A DNA stretch of 64,000 nucleotides from Bugula neritina (Eukaryota; Animalia; Bryozoa). Location: positions 16,770,633 to 16,834,632 of the forward strand of contig OZ037769.1 of NCBI GenBank assembly GCA_964035545.1, given 5' to 3'. The notes beneath the pieces were generated by a model. The model saw only the letters and a list, made by a program, of their open reading frames with translations. It was not told the origin of the DNA and did no database searches. The first letter of the stretch is position 1. Each line of letters begins with the position of its first letter. Below, one piece after another: positions 31,533 to 46,600 of this stretch. The position numbers and the translations under genes were made by a program.

Positions 31533-34500
31533 TTTAGATACCCATCTTCTACATTTCCTGTGGAACACAAGAATATTACCTGCTAGTCAATTGTTTTATG
31601 ACTGAATCTCGAGGCTAGATATACGAGTGGAAATCTATACCTGTATTTATATTGGTTTCCCAGTGAATAATTAATGAGTGTAGCCAATAGAACAGGTTGC
31701 ACTATAATTGACATAACTCAGCCTATAACCTGATAATCAGATGTGGATTGGCTCTTCAACTCTATCTTCTCTGTGATATTTATTATGGTGTCAAGTAATC
31801 AGAACAACTCTTGTACTTTGTCCTCAATGAACTCGATATTATTTCTATTTCAGTGCTTGTTCTAGGTAAAAGCCTAATGTATACTTTATATAGCCTGAGT
31901 ACCACAACTCTCATGTGGCAAATACTATCAGGCTATCATTGCAGAACAACAACTAAAATCAACTTACGCTATTTAGAAATAATTTTTGAAAAGTTTTGCT
32001 TGATAGCAGTGTTTCTTAAACTAGACTGGTTTCACATATTATAAAAATTGGAATGTAACCAAACTATTGTAAGCTTACTTATTTGAATAGAAAACCTCTG
32101 CATTATAGACATTATATTAATGGTTGGAGTTGTTGGGGAGAAGTAGATGATCATGTCGAGAATAGATTTATAAAGTATAGTTAATCAGCAGCGACAGAAG
32201 TACGAGATATTCTATATATTATTTAAAGTAATATTTAGATTATATATTAATTATTTATTTATAGAGTGAATTACAATTGATTTGTACTATACTTTATACT
32301 ACAGTAGTGTACCACAGGGCGATGGGTTTGTTTGCCAGCAGCTGCCAGAATATATTGTACACTGACCTGTCTTGTAGTAAATTAACTCTGCCAATCAGAC
32401 TTTCAATTAACTGCCTCTTTTTGAGTACACCAGAAGTTCTCATTCACATTGCCTGTCAGTCAATATACACAGGGTGTTTATCTCATTGCCTTCTATTATG
32501 TAACTTAATATCACTAGTTGAAATGATGTTTATTTAAAAAATACCCTATTATATTTTGTATACAGAAAATAGTTAATGACTAATTAACGTGTGTTTAGCT
32601 TTTGTGTTGAATTGTGATTATAAGTCTAGCCAAAAGCTTTGTTTTGTTGAAGAAAGGTCAACAGGGAGAGTCAGGCACAAGCTTGCTGCTCTCAAAATCA
32701 GTTTATTCTAAACTTAAGTTATTAAACACTCTTTGGTGCTGGAGTTTACAAACACCTCCTTTACTGTCTTCAAACAATTATAGCAACGCAATCTTTTTAT
32801 TGCTAAACATGTAAAAGGAGTTGTCACATTTCTCCTTTTTTATACAGTTGAGTAAAGGCTTTTTCTCAACCAATCAAAGGTTACTATACAGAAGTTAGAT
32901 GTGCACTATATTCGTTAGTTACATAATAAAATAGACTATACTATGTCACTACATGTGTATATTATAAACCTGGTTATATATATATTGAGCTATATAAATT
33001 ATCTAACGTAATATTTAACTATATTATTATACTAACACTACAATATTATAAATTATACATCATATGACATATTATATTATAAAGTATACTTATAGATTGT
33101 GTACTATAATACTATATACAGCTCAATACATGCTATGCATGTGCAACATGGACATAGAATGTAAATGCTAATTACTATAAGAATTTACATTCTCTATGGA
33201 GATACCAACATTGTTAAAACTATTTGTTTTAATATTCCATAGAAAATATAATTATGCTGAGACACCAATATTATTAGTTACAAGTTAATTCTACCGAAGA
33301 TTGAAAAAGTGTATTTATTAAGAAAAATAGCAGCTGAATCATAAAATGTTGACTGCAAACGAGACTATTGGAAGTGCAATAGTTAATTTTTATATAAACA
33401 GCAATTAATTTTTGACTAAAATATTATAGTAATTTTACACTATAACTTGTGTGTTATTTATACACATCCTGAAAATATCTGATATATGAAAAAATGTACT
33501 GTGCGAGATATATATCTGTATAATTATGTGCTCACAGCGTTAACCACTTACCATTTATTTGCTGTTTGGTGATACGATGTCCTGCTTAGCTACATCTTTG
33601 TACAGAGAATTGGATGGACAATATAATATTTGTTAATTATTCTAATAGAAACAGCAAGCTTTAGCAAGCACTGCAAGCACTTGGCTTTTAGCTGTGAGCA
33701 CTACTGACACACTTCAGCAAGTGTTCCTAATACTGACACACTGCAGCAAGTGTTACTAATACTGACACACTGCAGCAAGTGCCTGCAGATACATGATAAG
33801 AAGCACCTGAGATGGATTTATGGATATTGTGAGTATGTACTAATCAAAACCCCCACATGGTTTGCATAAGCTAATTCTATTGGTAAGCAATTGAACCAAC
33901 ACAAATGTTGTCTTTCACTACTTTAATTAGTTAGGTAATTAAAGTAATTGGACTTGTGCATTCCAGGATGTGATGTTATACAGTGCAGTATAATTACATA
34001 TATGAAAAGGTAATAATAGCAGTGAATTAGCTCACAGCAAATGTCAGTCAGTATAATTTAGTTTATAAACAACAACTATCAATGCTACAATAGGCTTTAA
34101 AATATCAACTTGTAGCTGCAAGAAGAACCCAGCTTACAGATAGACTGAGTTCCAGCTACTTCATACCTCACCAATGGCATAGCAGGTGGGGGGAATATCA
34201 ATACTAAAATGTTTGCACTTGTTTATACATCCTGTCTTCGATTTAAAAAAGAAGGCTAAATTTAATAAATACTTGTATTTTTATTTATTTTCAAACATTA
34301 AATCACATAATTTGTAAATAAATACATGTTAAGTAAATAAATGCTATAAATGTAGATACGCTTTGGACACTATTTGGACGACAGCCAACAAAAACTAAAT
34401 AAATTTGTAAATAAATCATTGAAGAGCTTCAATAAAAGTTCTTAGATCACAGGCTAAACATAGCAGAAGAGCTGATGTTACATCACAGTCTTAGATGGAC

Positions 34501-34608
34501 GGAATAGAAATATCGATTACATCAGCAAAAATATAATATTTGAGCAAATGAATAGTGGAGTTATCTTACCAATGTCATTATAACTTATTTTAGCAGATAA
34601 ATAGATGT

Positions 34609-37600
34609 CTATTGTGATTTATGGCAAATATAATTCTCATTGAGAATGGAGGATATAAAAACTCTCCTCTCAATGAGATCTAAAGCCTCCTTTTCACTTT
34701 CAACTTGAATCAGCAAGTCCATAACATGACCTTTAACCCCGGCCGCCCAACCCTGCCGGGAGCAGAATAAAGGACATTTAAACTCAACGGATGTGCTGCC
34801 TTTAGCTGAGCCTTTCAACCCCGGTACAACGTGAAGTATCGGGAGAGGATTTACTGCTGGTGTGTCGTCCACGTCGAACGCCTTGATTGTGGACTTGTTA
34901 GTATCCCACAATGCATTGTGCACAAACAGTCCGCTGATGTAACATCCTGTTTCGGGCGGCGTTTTGGGGACATATCCCATAGGCAGGAACTACAGAAAAG
35001 ATGCCTAAACAGTGAGTAACGAGTAATATTAAAGTGACATAAAAATGGGAGAAATTTAATGACTAATATTAACTGCGGTCCATACATAGTATGAAACACT
35101 TCCAGGTATGACAAGTTTCTGGAATTTTCCGTGTACCTGAGTTTGAAGTTCCAAGTCAGACACATCCTGATAGAACGTTCTGGAATGCTGAATCATCAAC
35201 GTCTGCAGGAAGAGGTGCGCATCCATAAATGCAGAGAGATTGAAGGTGACTGTCTTAGCCTCAGTGTCAACATACTTTGTGAGGTGCTGACTCGCCAGCC
35301 GTAAGTCTGCCTTCCACTGCATCAGTGTAGCCCCAGAACCATTCAGTAGTTGTCCCCACTTACCAGTTACCTAAAGATAAAGAACTTAGTGTGATATGCG
35401 AGTCATATTATGTATATTTCAAAGTCAATGAAGATACTGTGCCTGTGCCTGGCTGTTGTAAGCAGACTAAAATGTTAGGAGAAGACAACTCAATAATAAT
35501 AAAAAATTATGAGGGAAAGATAAATGAGGTAACCAAATAAATTTTTGGCTTTCAACCTCTTCCTTAACTGAAAAAGCTGTCTTTGATAAAATATTTGCTA
35601 ACAAATTATTTGCAGTCTTTCCATCCAAAACAAAATAGTAGAAAAAGTTTAACAATAACCGAGGCTTGTTTTACAATAAAATTAACATAATTGAGATATG
35701 AACTTAGTGTTGTACTCCCATACCTTGCCCATAAACAGTTGATAGATCATGTCCAATGACTCGTTGTCACACGAGAACTTTGTGCGGGCAATTCCGTGCA
35801 GCATTTCGGAATCATCTAGCAACTCTTTTACTAGCCCCTTGTATTTCACCACCTGAGGTGAGGAGAATGAGTAGGTATGAGTCACCATGTATGAGTCACA
35901 ATGTATGAGTCACAATGTATGAGTCACAATGTATGAGTCACAATGTATGAGTCACCATGTATGAGTCACAATGTATGAGTCACAATGTATGAGTCACAAT
36001 GTATGAGTCACTATTTATAAGTCACCATGTATGAGTCACAATGTATGAGTCACTATTTATAAGTCACCATATATGAGTCACAATGTATGAGTCACCATTT
36101 ATGAGTCACCATGTATGAGTCACAATGTATGAGTCACCATGTATGAGTCACTATTTATAAGTCACCATGTATGAGTCACAATGTATGAGTCACCATTTAT
36201 GAGTCACCATGTATGAGTCACCATGTATGAGTCACAATGAGTCACCATGTATGAGTCACAATCTAGCAAAGCTGACTAGAAGAAAGTTCAGTTAGTAATT
36301 TGTCACTTTCTTTATTTCAGAAAACACGGCACATCAGCTAAACAATGACTATTGAGTAGTAGTTATGACATCATCAACCTGTTTATAAGAATATAGGCTT
36401 GTGTTACAGATAAGATCCTAAAGTCATGTCACTATTTGAAGTAGACGCCCCTCAAAAACTCCCAAAATATTTAGTTGTCTGCTAAGATTGTTGACTAACA
36501 CTCTCGCTAAAGCTTTATAACTTACTTGAAATATATGTTTAGTAAATGATTTTGTAAATGAATTATTTTCTATTGAGATACGAGTATTGCACCAGTAGAC
36601 CATTACACCGTTAGACCAACATTACCAATATGAGCGCAAAACCCCTGAAATAACTCTGTTTATAGAATGTATACCTGACTATGAAGAAACTTCTGCATGG
36701 GGTGGAGCTGATTGTCGGGAGAGTAAGAAAGTTCCGGAAGCTCATGCAGGACTGACTCCCACCCACTCAGTAGGATGTCTATTCCTTCAAACACTTGCTG
36801 GTGGGTTGCTTGTGGGTTGGTGATGTCAGGGTGACCACTTATTCTCGACAGCGTTGATGCCAGGCTTCTAAAATATGCAGTAAAACATTTATGTAATATA
36901 TTAAAATTGAAAAAGAATATATAATATATCATATTATAACATTTGTGTGATATATTATAATAGAACAATGATGTAATATATTACAAATAAAGCAATTATA
37001 TAATATATTATTTCAATATTTTACACAAAATTCTTACTATATACAAAACAATGTGTAACAGTTGGTATCCCAAAATTTGATTGAAAAGTACTTTTGAAAA
37101 AAAAACTTTATAAATCAAGAAATTTCTAGACTCTACCTGCTCCGTAGTAGCTGCAGGTACGCGTCTGCACTTTCACCGAGAGCCAGAAGTGATGCATTGT
37201 TAGTAAGAAGACTTTCTATTCGTTGAATGATTTCTGCTGAGCCAATAGGCTCGTCTGTAGGTTCTAAAAGTGTCGCCAAAACTGATTTCTTAAAGTCTGC
37301 GTCTGCAGTCTCTGTCTGCTGCAACTCGGCCTTAGTTCTTAGAATGTTTCTCACCATCGCTTCTACAGCCTTACCATCTTCCATAGTGGTGCAGTGGGGC
37401 TGGTATACTGATGTAACCAAGTCTAAAATTTAAGAAAAGGTGATAAATGTGGTTGTAATATATACTTCATCTATAAACAATATGACACGAATTGAACTTA
37501 TATAAACATCAAGTAAGGCATAATTCTTTCTGTTACAATTATGGATGGACACTTCCCCCTTCCTTAGAGAACTGTACTCAAAGCTCTGAGGCTACACAGA

Positions 37601-40600
37601 TGCACAAGCATGTCTCACGACGCCATCTAGTGTTGAATATACCAACCGGTAAACCGCTCTGCTCCATCGCAGCAGCTGAAGACGTGTCTCATTCCCTTCA
37701 GCACCGTCTCTAGCTCCTTGGTGCTCCAGTCTGGCAGCGCGCTGTATGCTGCCTCTGCGTAGCGACGTCTCTGCAGCAGCTGGCAGTGAAGGATTGAAAC
37801 AGGAAGTAGAAGTTCGGAGGTCAGCAGCGCCACCTTCAGACAGAGAAGACAATACTACATATTCACGTGTTGAGAGAAACAACTCCAATTTCAGATTTGC
37901 TGATTCATTAGAAAGGAAAAAGACAATTCATAGTTCTTTAAATATTTCTAATTATTATTTTACGCTTGCAAGTTGAGAGCTTTTATCATCACAAGTTATT
38001 AAACTAGAAAATAAATTTCATGATGTAAGAAAGCAAATTACTCTGTAAATAAAATGACACCTTGGTGATACATTGGTTAGTTTCCCATACTATAAAATAT
38101 ACTTTCAACTTTGCGCCATTTTAGTTTAAATTTGTAAGCCACAAACTCTCTAATAGAACTGAATTCAGTGTAGAGACTATGTTGAGGTACTGGTTAATTA
38201 GGGCAGACAACTCACAGCCTTGTTAGAATCCTTCACAGACTCAACTTTAGATAAACAATATTTGTAGGTGGAGCTGAGAAACTCTTGATAGGATCGCCTT
38301 TGCTCGAGCACATACTTAGTTGAGTGCCATATAACACTGCCTGGTAACAGTCTTCCACCTATAAAGAACATAAAACTGTAATATCCGGATAAAACATCTT
38401 AGGAACCGTAATAAACTACATCATTCAATATGGCTGCCAACCTTGACACTGCTGAGTGGTAAACCAGAGTCTAAAATTTGGACTGATGCCAGGATTGAGC
38501 TGTTCGTACGACACGACAGGCACACGTCTGCTTCTCCCTTCTTCCTTCTCATACACCACTTCCTTTATCTGCAGTATTCTCTGCAAGACACAAAAGAAGG
38601 CAACTTCTACACATGAACTTTCTTTATGAGGGAAGACAACTTACTTAAGCAAGAGAGGAAAACTTGTAAATTACTCTTTATATAGGTGTTGGCATGTTTA
38701 TGTAACAAATAGCGTATGAATCAACTTCTTCACATATTTTAAAATTATACAAACAGCAGAATTAAGATCCAAGACCACGGTTTGCTAACTCCCATTCTAT
38801 GCTATTACCTCGAGTATTGTGAGTACGGGCGGTGACCAGCGTGGAGCCAGGTGACAGCCGTGAAGGACTAGCCAGAGGCCCTTCTGCATGCTGTAATGGA
38901 GGGCTCGCTCCACGTCCCCCATCTGGATGCCTTCTCCAAAGGATAGAATGGTAACTCTGTGCTGCAGACTTTCTTCGGGGAGGAGTGACCGCACCAACTC
39001 ACATGGATCAGTGCTTGTGGAACCTAGGCAATAATTAGTCTGCATATAACAACCTACAGTAGAATCCCTCTAAAGCGCTGGGAACTCTCTTTATCAAAGA
39101 AATATTGAAGTGGGAAGATTCAGTTAATAAATACAGTAAAATATGGTGAGATAACTCTAGTATTGTCATCACTGACGATGATATTCTTTAAAATAACAAC
39201 ATCAAGCAATCTTCATATCACAGCATATGGTGAGCTGTACTCATCATAGACTGAGAACTACCTGGTTCAGTTGGGTGCTCTGAGGGGCGGACTGGATGCG
39301 GCTCGATAAGTAAGACAGGTTTACTTTGGATCTCGGGCAACAGATGCTGCTGGGGGGTGAAGGGGGAGGTGCAGACGATGGTTGGACCCAGTTCTGTCAG
39401 CATCAGATTGTGACAGGCTTCCGAGAACTAATAATATATATTAATATGTTATATTATGTTATATATATCAGTATGTTATTTTATATATTATTATAATATA
39501 TTGAATGTTAAACTAATATATATTATATTTATACAAGTATATTGTCTTATATATTATATTATGCATTCAAACATAAATTATAATATGTAGAATATATTAT
39601 AATATATATCAATGTATTATATTATAATATATGCCAGTACAATATATTATGATATGCATAATAATATATAGTATATGATAGAATATAATACATTACAGTA
39701 AAGTAAAGTGTATAGCAACAGTTGCTGTTAGAATTAATAATTTAACAGGAAATAATGAGATGCTATTGTAGCCTCACAACCAACAACATCATGTAGGAAG
39801 GGTAGAGAACCCACCCTATCTGGCTGAACAATCCTCCACAGGATACACCTCTGAAAAAGGGTGAGAGAAAGAGAACCCCCGGGTAGCTGGTTGACTACGG
39901 ACATGGGGCTAGTGAAATATTCACTCCACTCCTTGCGTCTGCTGGTTAGACTGTCTATCAGTCCATTAAAGCAGGGTAGAATAGACTCCAGCTTGTGACA
40001 TGAAACCCAACTCTGAAAGAGACGGAGTGAGATATGATGTAGAGAGTATACGGAAGGTTTGCAAGTAGAAATCACTTAAACCACAGAGCAAAGTTCAATA
40101 AGTAAGAATTAAAGACAGTGTAGAAAAAATATAATACCTATATATAATGATTGCAAAGAAAAATTTTAATAAAAGAAATGTTATTTATATATAGAAACTA
40201 TTTTTTTCAATACAAAACTTAAATTTAAAAATTGTTACTTTAATAAGTTTGATATTATTGCAATTAAAACTTATATAAATGTATAATAGAAGCAGAAAAG
40301 TTGTTGAATTGTTTTAATAAACTGAGTAGATTATTCTGCCTCTTATAGGCCTCCAGAGGTCTAGAGAGAAAATCAGACATTATTTGAATGACATTTAAAA
40401 CATTGCATGTGATTGGCCGGAATTTGTGTTCACCTCATGCTTCATCCAATCAGGTTTATCTTTAGGATTGACTGACATCACAAACTTGACATGTTTGACA
40501 TCGTTGACAAAAATGAGCAGTTCATCTTCAGTGAATGACTGGTTGGATGCCATCCTCTGTATAGTGACAAGTAAGGCAAACACCTGCCAGTGCTCTTCAA

Positions 40601-43600
40601 ATAGTATACATGCCATCTGTTTAAACACCTGCTCCGTGATGGCACTTATCAGCTCCTGTCAGTAGAACCACTCAGTAAAAAACATTGACATGTGGTGACA
40701 TGTGATGGCATAGAGTGACATGTGGTGACATGTGACGGCATGTAGTGACATGCGATCGATGGCAGATAGTGACATGTGGTGACATGTGATGGCATATAGT
40801 GACATGTAGTGGCATATAGTGACATGTGATGGCATGTGCTGGCATATAGTGACATGTGATGGCATATAGTGACATGTGATGGCATGTGAGCTGTGAGTCA
40901 TACAGAAAGAACTCTGCTGACACTTGGTAATTAAACAAATGACCTCCACAAGAGAACTAGCAGAGAACTTACCTGACACCGAGCCTTGGGGTCTCCAGTC
41001 ACACCTTTACCTCTGTACCGACTTAGCACCGTATCCTTACACAGCCTCTCGTACTTCTCAAATGAGAGGCAATAGTAGGGAGAGAGTGAGTTCAGGTGAC
41101 TGATGACATCATACATCATGGCTGCATTCAGAGCCACCATTTTGTAACTTTCTCTTTTCTGGTACAAGTAGAAATAATTATATTATGACTTATATCTACT
41201 TACCAAGTAGAAATAAAAGACATAAACCGGGTTAATTTTCACAATCGTCTCTATAGTATCACGATTTCTAAAGAAAATGTATTTGATGAAGTTGGTCGCA
41301 AAGGTAAACACACTTTATGTAGTTGGTTGCTAAGGTAAACATACCTGACTGAGCTGATTGCTAAGGTAAAGCGTTTCCTCCAAGATCTGAGCATTTCTGT
41401 TGATGTTTTGGCGACATTGCTGGAGGGTCGACAGCATGGTGCTGTCATCCAGTATCACCTCTCCGTCAGCGACTACTTTCGTTTGAATCAGCCACTAAGA
41501 CAAAAAAATCTCATCTTATTTTATATTCAAAATTATTTAATTTTGTTACAATACACGCGAGCAGCTGTAAAAACTTGTTTGTCAACCTATAAGTAGTAAG
41601 AGTTTAATATTTTCACCTACATCACACCGAGAGAACTCATTGATTCGCATATTGACCTCTGCAGCCAATGATCTCTCACCTGTTCAGCATTGAGCTCTTG
41701 CTTATGATGGAGTATTCCACCCTCAATAGATCTAGCCTGAGCCTCGTATTCGGGTCTCTCTACTTTCATGATGTCATCCAATATGGCGTCAACGTGAGCT
41801 TGTTGACTCAGAGAGAGGTCAATCAAGTTACAGTGGCCAAAAGGGACTCGCCTCGTGTCGTCACCTGACCAATCAGAACAAAGGAAACTACATAACATAC
41901 TTTATAAGAACTGTAAAAGCTAATGTTAGCATTTTACTTTAATAACATTTAATAAAATTTTATTTAACAATAAAATTTTATTAAATTTTTAAAGATCCCT
42001 TCTGAATCTTTTCCGTAAAATGATATTAAAGAAAATTTCATCACCATGTTATTATGGTATGTATATATGTATGTAAAACCATTTAAACTACAATAAGAAT
42101 CAAACTTTTTAGATCTTTGTCAAATAACAAAGAACAAGAAAATTCAATAATATATTTCAACAATTTTCAACTACTATCAAAACGGTAAACAATTATGCTA
42201 TTACACAATAACCGACACACAAATCCGTCCAGACCTGTCACTAGAAGGGAAGTGTTGATGCTCATGTAGAGGCGGAAGTTCTTGTGGACAGGATGCATAA
42301 ACTCGCCAACTCTCACAAAGAGCTTCGAGTTTGCCTGCTCAGACTTCTCATAGTTCCTGTATAACACGTTGACAAGGTCCTCGGGCAACGACTTGCTTTC
42401 AGTGTGGGTTACGAGGATAGCCACCCCTATAGAAATAGAAAATTAGCTTCAAGTACTGTAGGCTCTGGGACACAACTTCAATAATGTCAAAAGTAATTCA
42501 AAACTTTTAGAATCTTTTAGAACCAAAACGGTCTACAAAATACAATTAGAAATTTACATAAATAATATAATTTGCCATTGACTTGAATGCTTTTCATAGG
42601 CAAAAGTTTTGAGAACTAAAAAGAACATTATCCAAAAGGACAGGGGCACTGCACACAAGTTATACTCTACTGAATATTGATTATGAGCAAAGTATATTGT
42701 GTGAAATTATCTCCTCCTTTCTAGCAGCAGACTAGTATGACTCACCGTGTACCAGAGAGTTGATGATGTGTTTCACCAGTAGAGGGGAGGTAGACTTTAC
42801 CACCCACAAGTTATCAACTGGTCTCTCTATCTCTCTGTCTGGGGTATACAGACTCTTTAGATCTGACTGGTCACCTGAACTTGGCTGACGAATGACTTGG
42901 ACAGGTGCCAACTCACTGCTGCTAGACCTCCGGATGGATCTACAGACACAGAGGGAGAACTTATCATAGGGCAAACAACTAGTGTGAATGATGATTTAGT
43001 TGCTATTTACTAATTATTATTTACTAGTTACCAGTAATTAGTAACTAGCTACTAGTTACTATAGCTAGTCACTAGTTAGTAGATATTAGTTATTAGAGAC
43101 TATAGTTACTAGATATGGAATGAGTGATGAATTAGCTATAACTAGATACTAGTTACTAGTTACTAGATATTAGATATTAGATATTAAATATTAGATATAG
43201 AATGTAGATATGGCTTACAGGGCTGGGTTCTTAGTAGTGTTGCTAAGGATAGACTGACTGTCAGTCTCACTCGTGTCTCCACCAGACAGTGAATGCACGA
43301 CTCCATTAAAAGGAATAGCAGGAAGTGGAGCCATTTCCATCACCTTCACAGAATCGGCGTCCTCGCTGCTCAGCTCAGAAGTTGTGTCCACGATGTCTAC
43401 AACTGAAAAGAGAACGCTCTAGTTATAACCTCAACTCAACATATGGTGAAAATCAAACTGATGAAGTTTCTGTATGAGTGACTCATTCGAGATATAACTT
43501 GGAATAAAATCAATAAATATTGTAAAAAATAAAATAATGTGAATTTACACAACTTTTCTATAATAAATGAACATCTGGATGAAATTTAGTTACTAAATAA

Positions 43601-46600
43601 TAAAAGAACTGGTTAAATAAAAGAGAAACCAGATAAGTAAAAGAAGAATGACTCACCCGGACTCTGTTTGCTGATGACTCGAAGAAGTGACTCAGCCTGG
43701 CTCTCTGGGTCTATAAGAACTGGCCAGTAGTTGGTGTGATTAGTAGCACAGGTTCTTAACATAAGAGCGCTGTGTAGTTTGTGCAGGTCGTGACCCAGCC
43801 CACCTCGTACCCAGCCACTCACTTCAGTGAAGTCACTAAGTATTGACTCTGTGAGAGAAGATAGAAAACTGTAACTTACAGAAACAGGAAGTAGATGATT
43901 CATAGTAGACATTCTGATCATTTATCACTTTGATACAGAATCTGATTGACTAACTGAGTTCAACTATCACCATGTGCTACATGCAATATATAAGGGAGTT
44001 AATAGGACTCACGATATTATTCAGTCTGAGTGAGCAGAAGATATTTAGGAGTTATCAACACCATACAGTGACAATAATACAACAACAGACAATAGTGGAT
44101 TACACAACGTCTAGTCCAAAACGTTGCATTGCAAAGAGAAGGTAATCTCCTGGTGAACAGAAAGACAGAAACTTACCCAGTGAGAAGTTGTCACGTATTC
44201 GTATTGGTGAGCGTGACGTCTGCACAGCCGAGTCGGTGTCAGGAGTGGCAGCAGCGGCGGCAGCTAGATTTAGTTTCTCTCTCATCTTGTCATTCGCTGA
44301 CGGAATGTCTGCGATATGACCTGTAGATCTCAATGGCTTCAACTCAGGGTCAAGGTCGAGGCTGCAATAGCAGATATAGACGTTCGATTAAGCACATCTG
44401 GTACTATAATGTCACAATTTCCTAAAGCTAGTACTTCAGAATAGAAACTAGGAAATGGGGTGGTGACCATCTAAATTTCGGTTAGGTTACTCAATAGTCA
44501 TAAGTGTTAATAGATTCATACAAATACAGTCATAGTGATGGGCTGTACATTTATATACTCTTAGCCTGCTTTCAGTGAGAATATTGTTCACCTGTTGACA
44601 GTAAACAGCACACAATAATAAATTGTAGAAACCAGACACTAGCAAAATGGTTGATTCAATTTTACCTGAGATTATTGGTGTTGGTGAAACGGTTAGCAAA
44701 GCATTTATCTTTCCAGTCATTGGTCAATCTCTCCCTCGTGTGAGAGTCGATTGGTCCCAGGTAACAGCATATGGCTGCCACCTATAACAGTTCAAACAAG
44801 ATAGAATTATAATAATATGTACAAGTTATTTTGTTTACACAAAAATAAAGGCTAGTATATCAATCCATTGTATTGAATGCGTATTAGTAGATCTGTATAG
44901 GTAACAGTATAAGGACTGTTTATGCTATGAGCCGCCATAGCTCAGTGGTTAGAGCGCCTGTCTAGTAAACAGGAGGTCATGAGTTCGATCCTCATTGGTG
45001 GCTAACTTCTTTTTATAAAAAATTTATGTTTGAAATAAATATATTTTATTGCTTCAATTGCTTCAATGCTTTTACAACTGTTTCGACAAAGCATTCATGT
45101 TATTTCACGGAAATAATAGCCTACAGTTCCCACATGAATAAAGTAAATAATGAGGTACCAGCATGGCGTCCCCTGGAGCACTGTCCATCTGTTTCTCTGC
45201 CTCCACTAACTCCGACCTCCAGACACTAATGTGAAGGTCCATACTGGAGAGCACCTCTTTGGAATCAGAGATACGTTTCTTCATCGCCTACAGCACTGAG
45301 TGGAGTTATCATCTCCTTCTACCTAACTCCTTCACATTTAATGACTTGGCCTCAGAAACTAACAAAAGTAGCTAAAGCCTAAAGGGTACTCACCCATTGC
45401 TCAATATAGTAGGAAGACCATAACATGTGCAAACTATTTAGGTGTTATTTTGTTTGGCAAATAATATATTCAAACCAGTTTTGCCATAATATAAATGTGT
45501 AACTAAGAATATTACTGAAATAATGTTTATAAACAACCTATATAAAGTATACTGGTGTGGTGCAAACCACTCTCTTGCTAAAATTATAGTTGCAGAGTAA
45601 AAGTAAAAATAAATAAGAAAGAATCACTCAGCAAACCTTGTGATCTTCAACATCCAGCTGTTACATAGCAAAATATCCAGAAATATTACTTAACGCAATA
45701 TGTAACTGTTACATATATATTCAATTTATATTATATAAATAACATAAATATATTAGTAGTAATGACATAGGATAGCATATTATAATATGTTAATACTATA
45801 TAGTATATTATAATATTACATAATATAAACAAAGGTCAGCGGTGTACCTGGAACTGCTGCTCTAGATGTTTCGCCTTCACTGCTGCCTCTTTATGCTGAC
45901 CAATCAGGTCTTCCAGCTCTTTCTTAGTCTTAGAGGCATAGATACGTTTCTGTCCAAGATCAGCTTGAGCCTGAAATACATATCATAATATACAGTAAGT
46001 AAGTGTATCATAATATACAGTAAGTATATCATAATATACAGTAAGTAAGTGTATCATAATATACAGTAAGTATATCATAATATACAGTAAGTATATCATA
46101 ATATACAGTAAGTAAGTGTATCATAATATACAGTAAGTAAGTGTATCATAATATACAGTAAGTAAGTGTATCATAATATACAGTAAGTAAGTGTATCATA
46201 ATATACAGTACATCGGATTATTATTAAGGCAATAAAAATACAGTTTAATGGAAAAGTGAATGATGTAAAAATAACTTACTTGCTACAATCATGGTCTCTT
46301 TGATAAAATATAACTTAGATTTCACGTGTTCATAAAATCAAGAAAATAACTGGTGATTTTTCTTTTATAATCCATAATTCGTGTGAGGGAACAGCAAATA
46401 CAGAGTTTAGAGAAGTAAACAATGAAGGTATGTTTTGATTCGCCTAGTCAGTAGCCTACAGTTTCAATAATCCCGTGACAAATACTGTCTCTCGGAGTGA
46501 AGTATCTCACCTTAGTGACATCGGCCTCGGCTTCCATGAGTCGAGCCAACTTTGGGGCTATCTGTCTGTAAATCTCGGCGTACTGATACACCGAGTGAAT

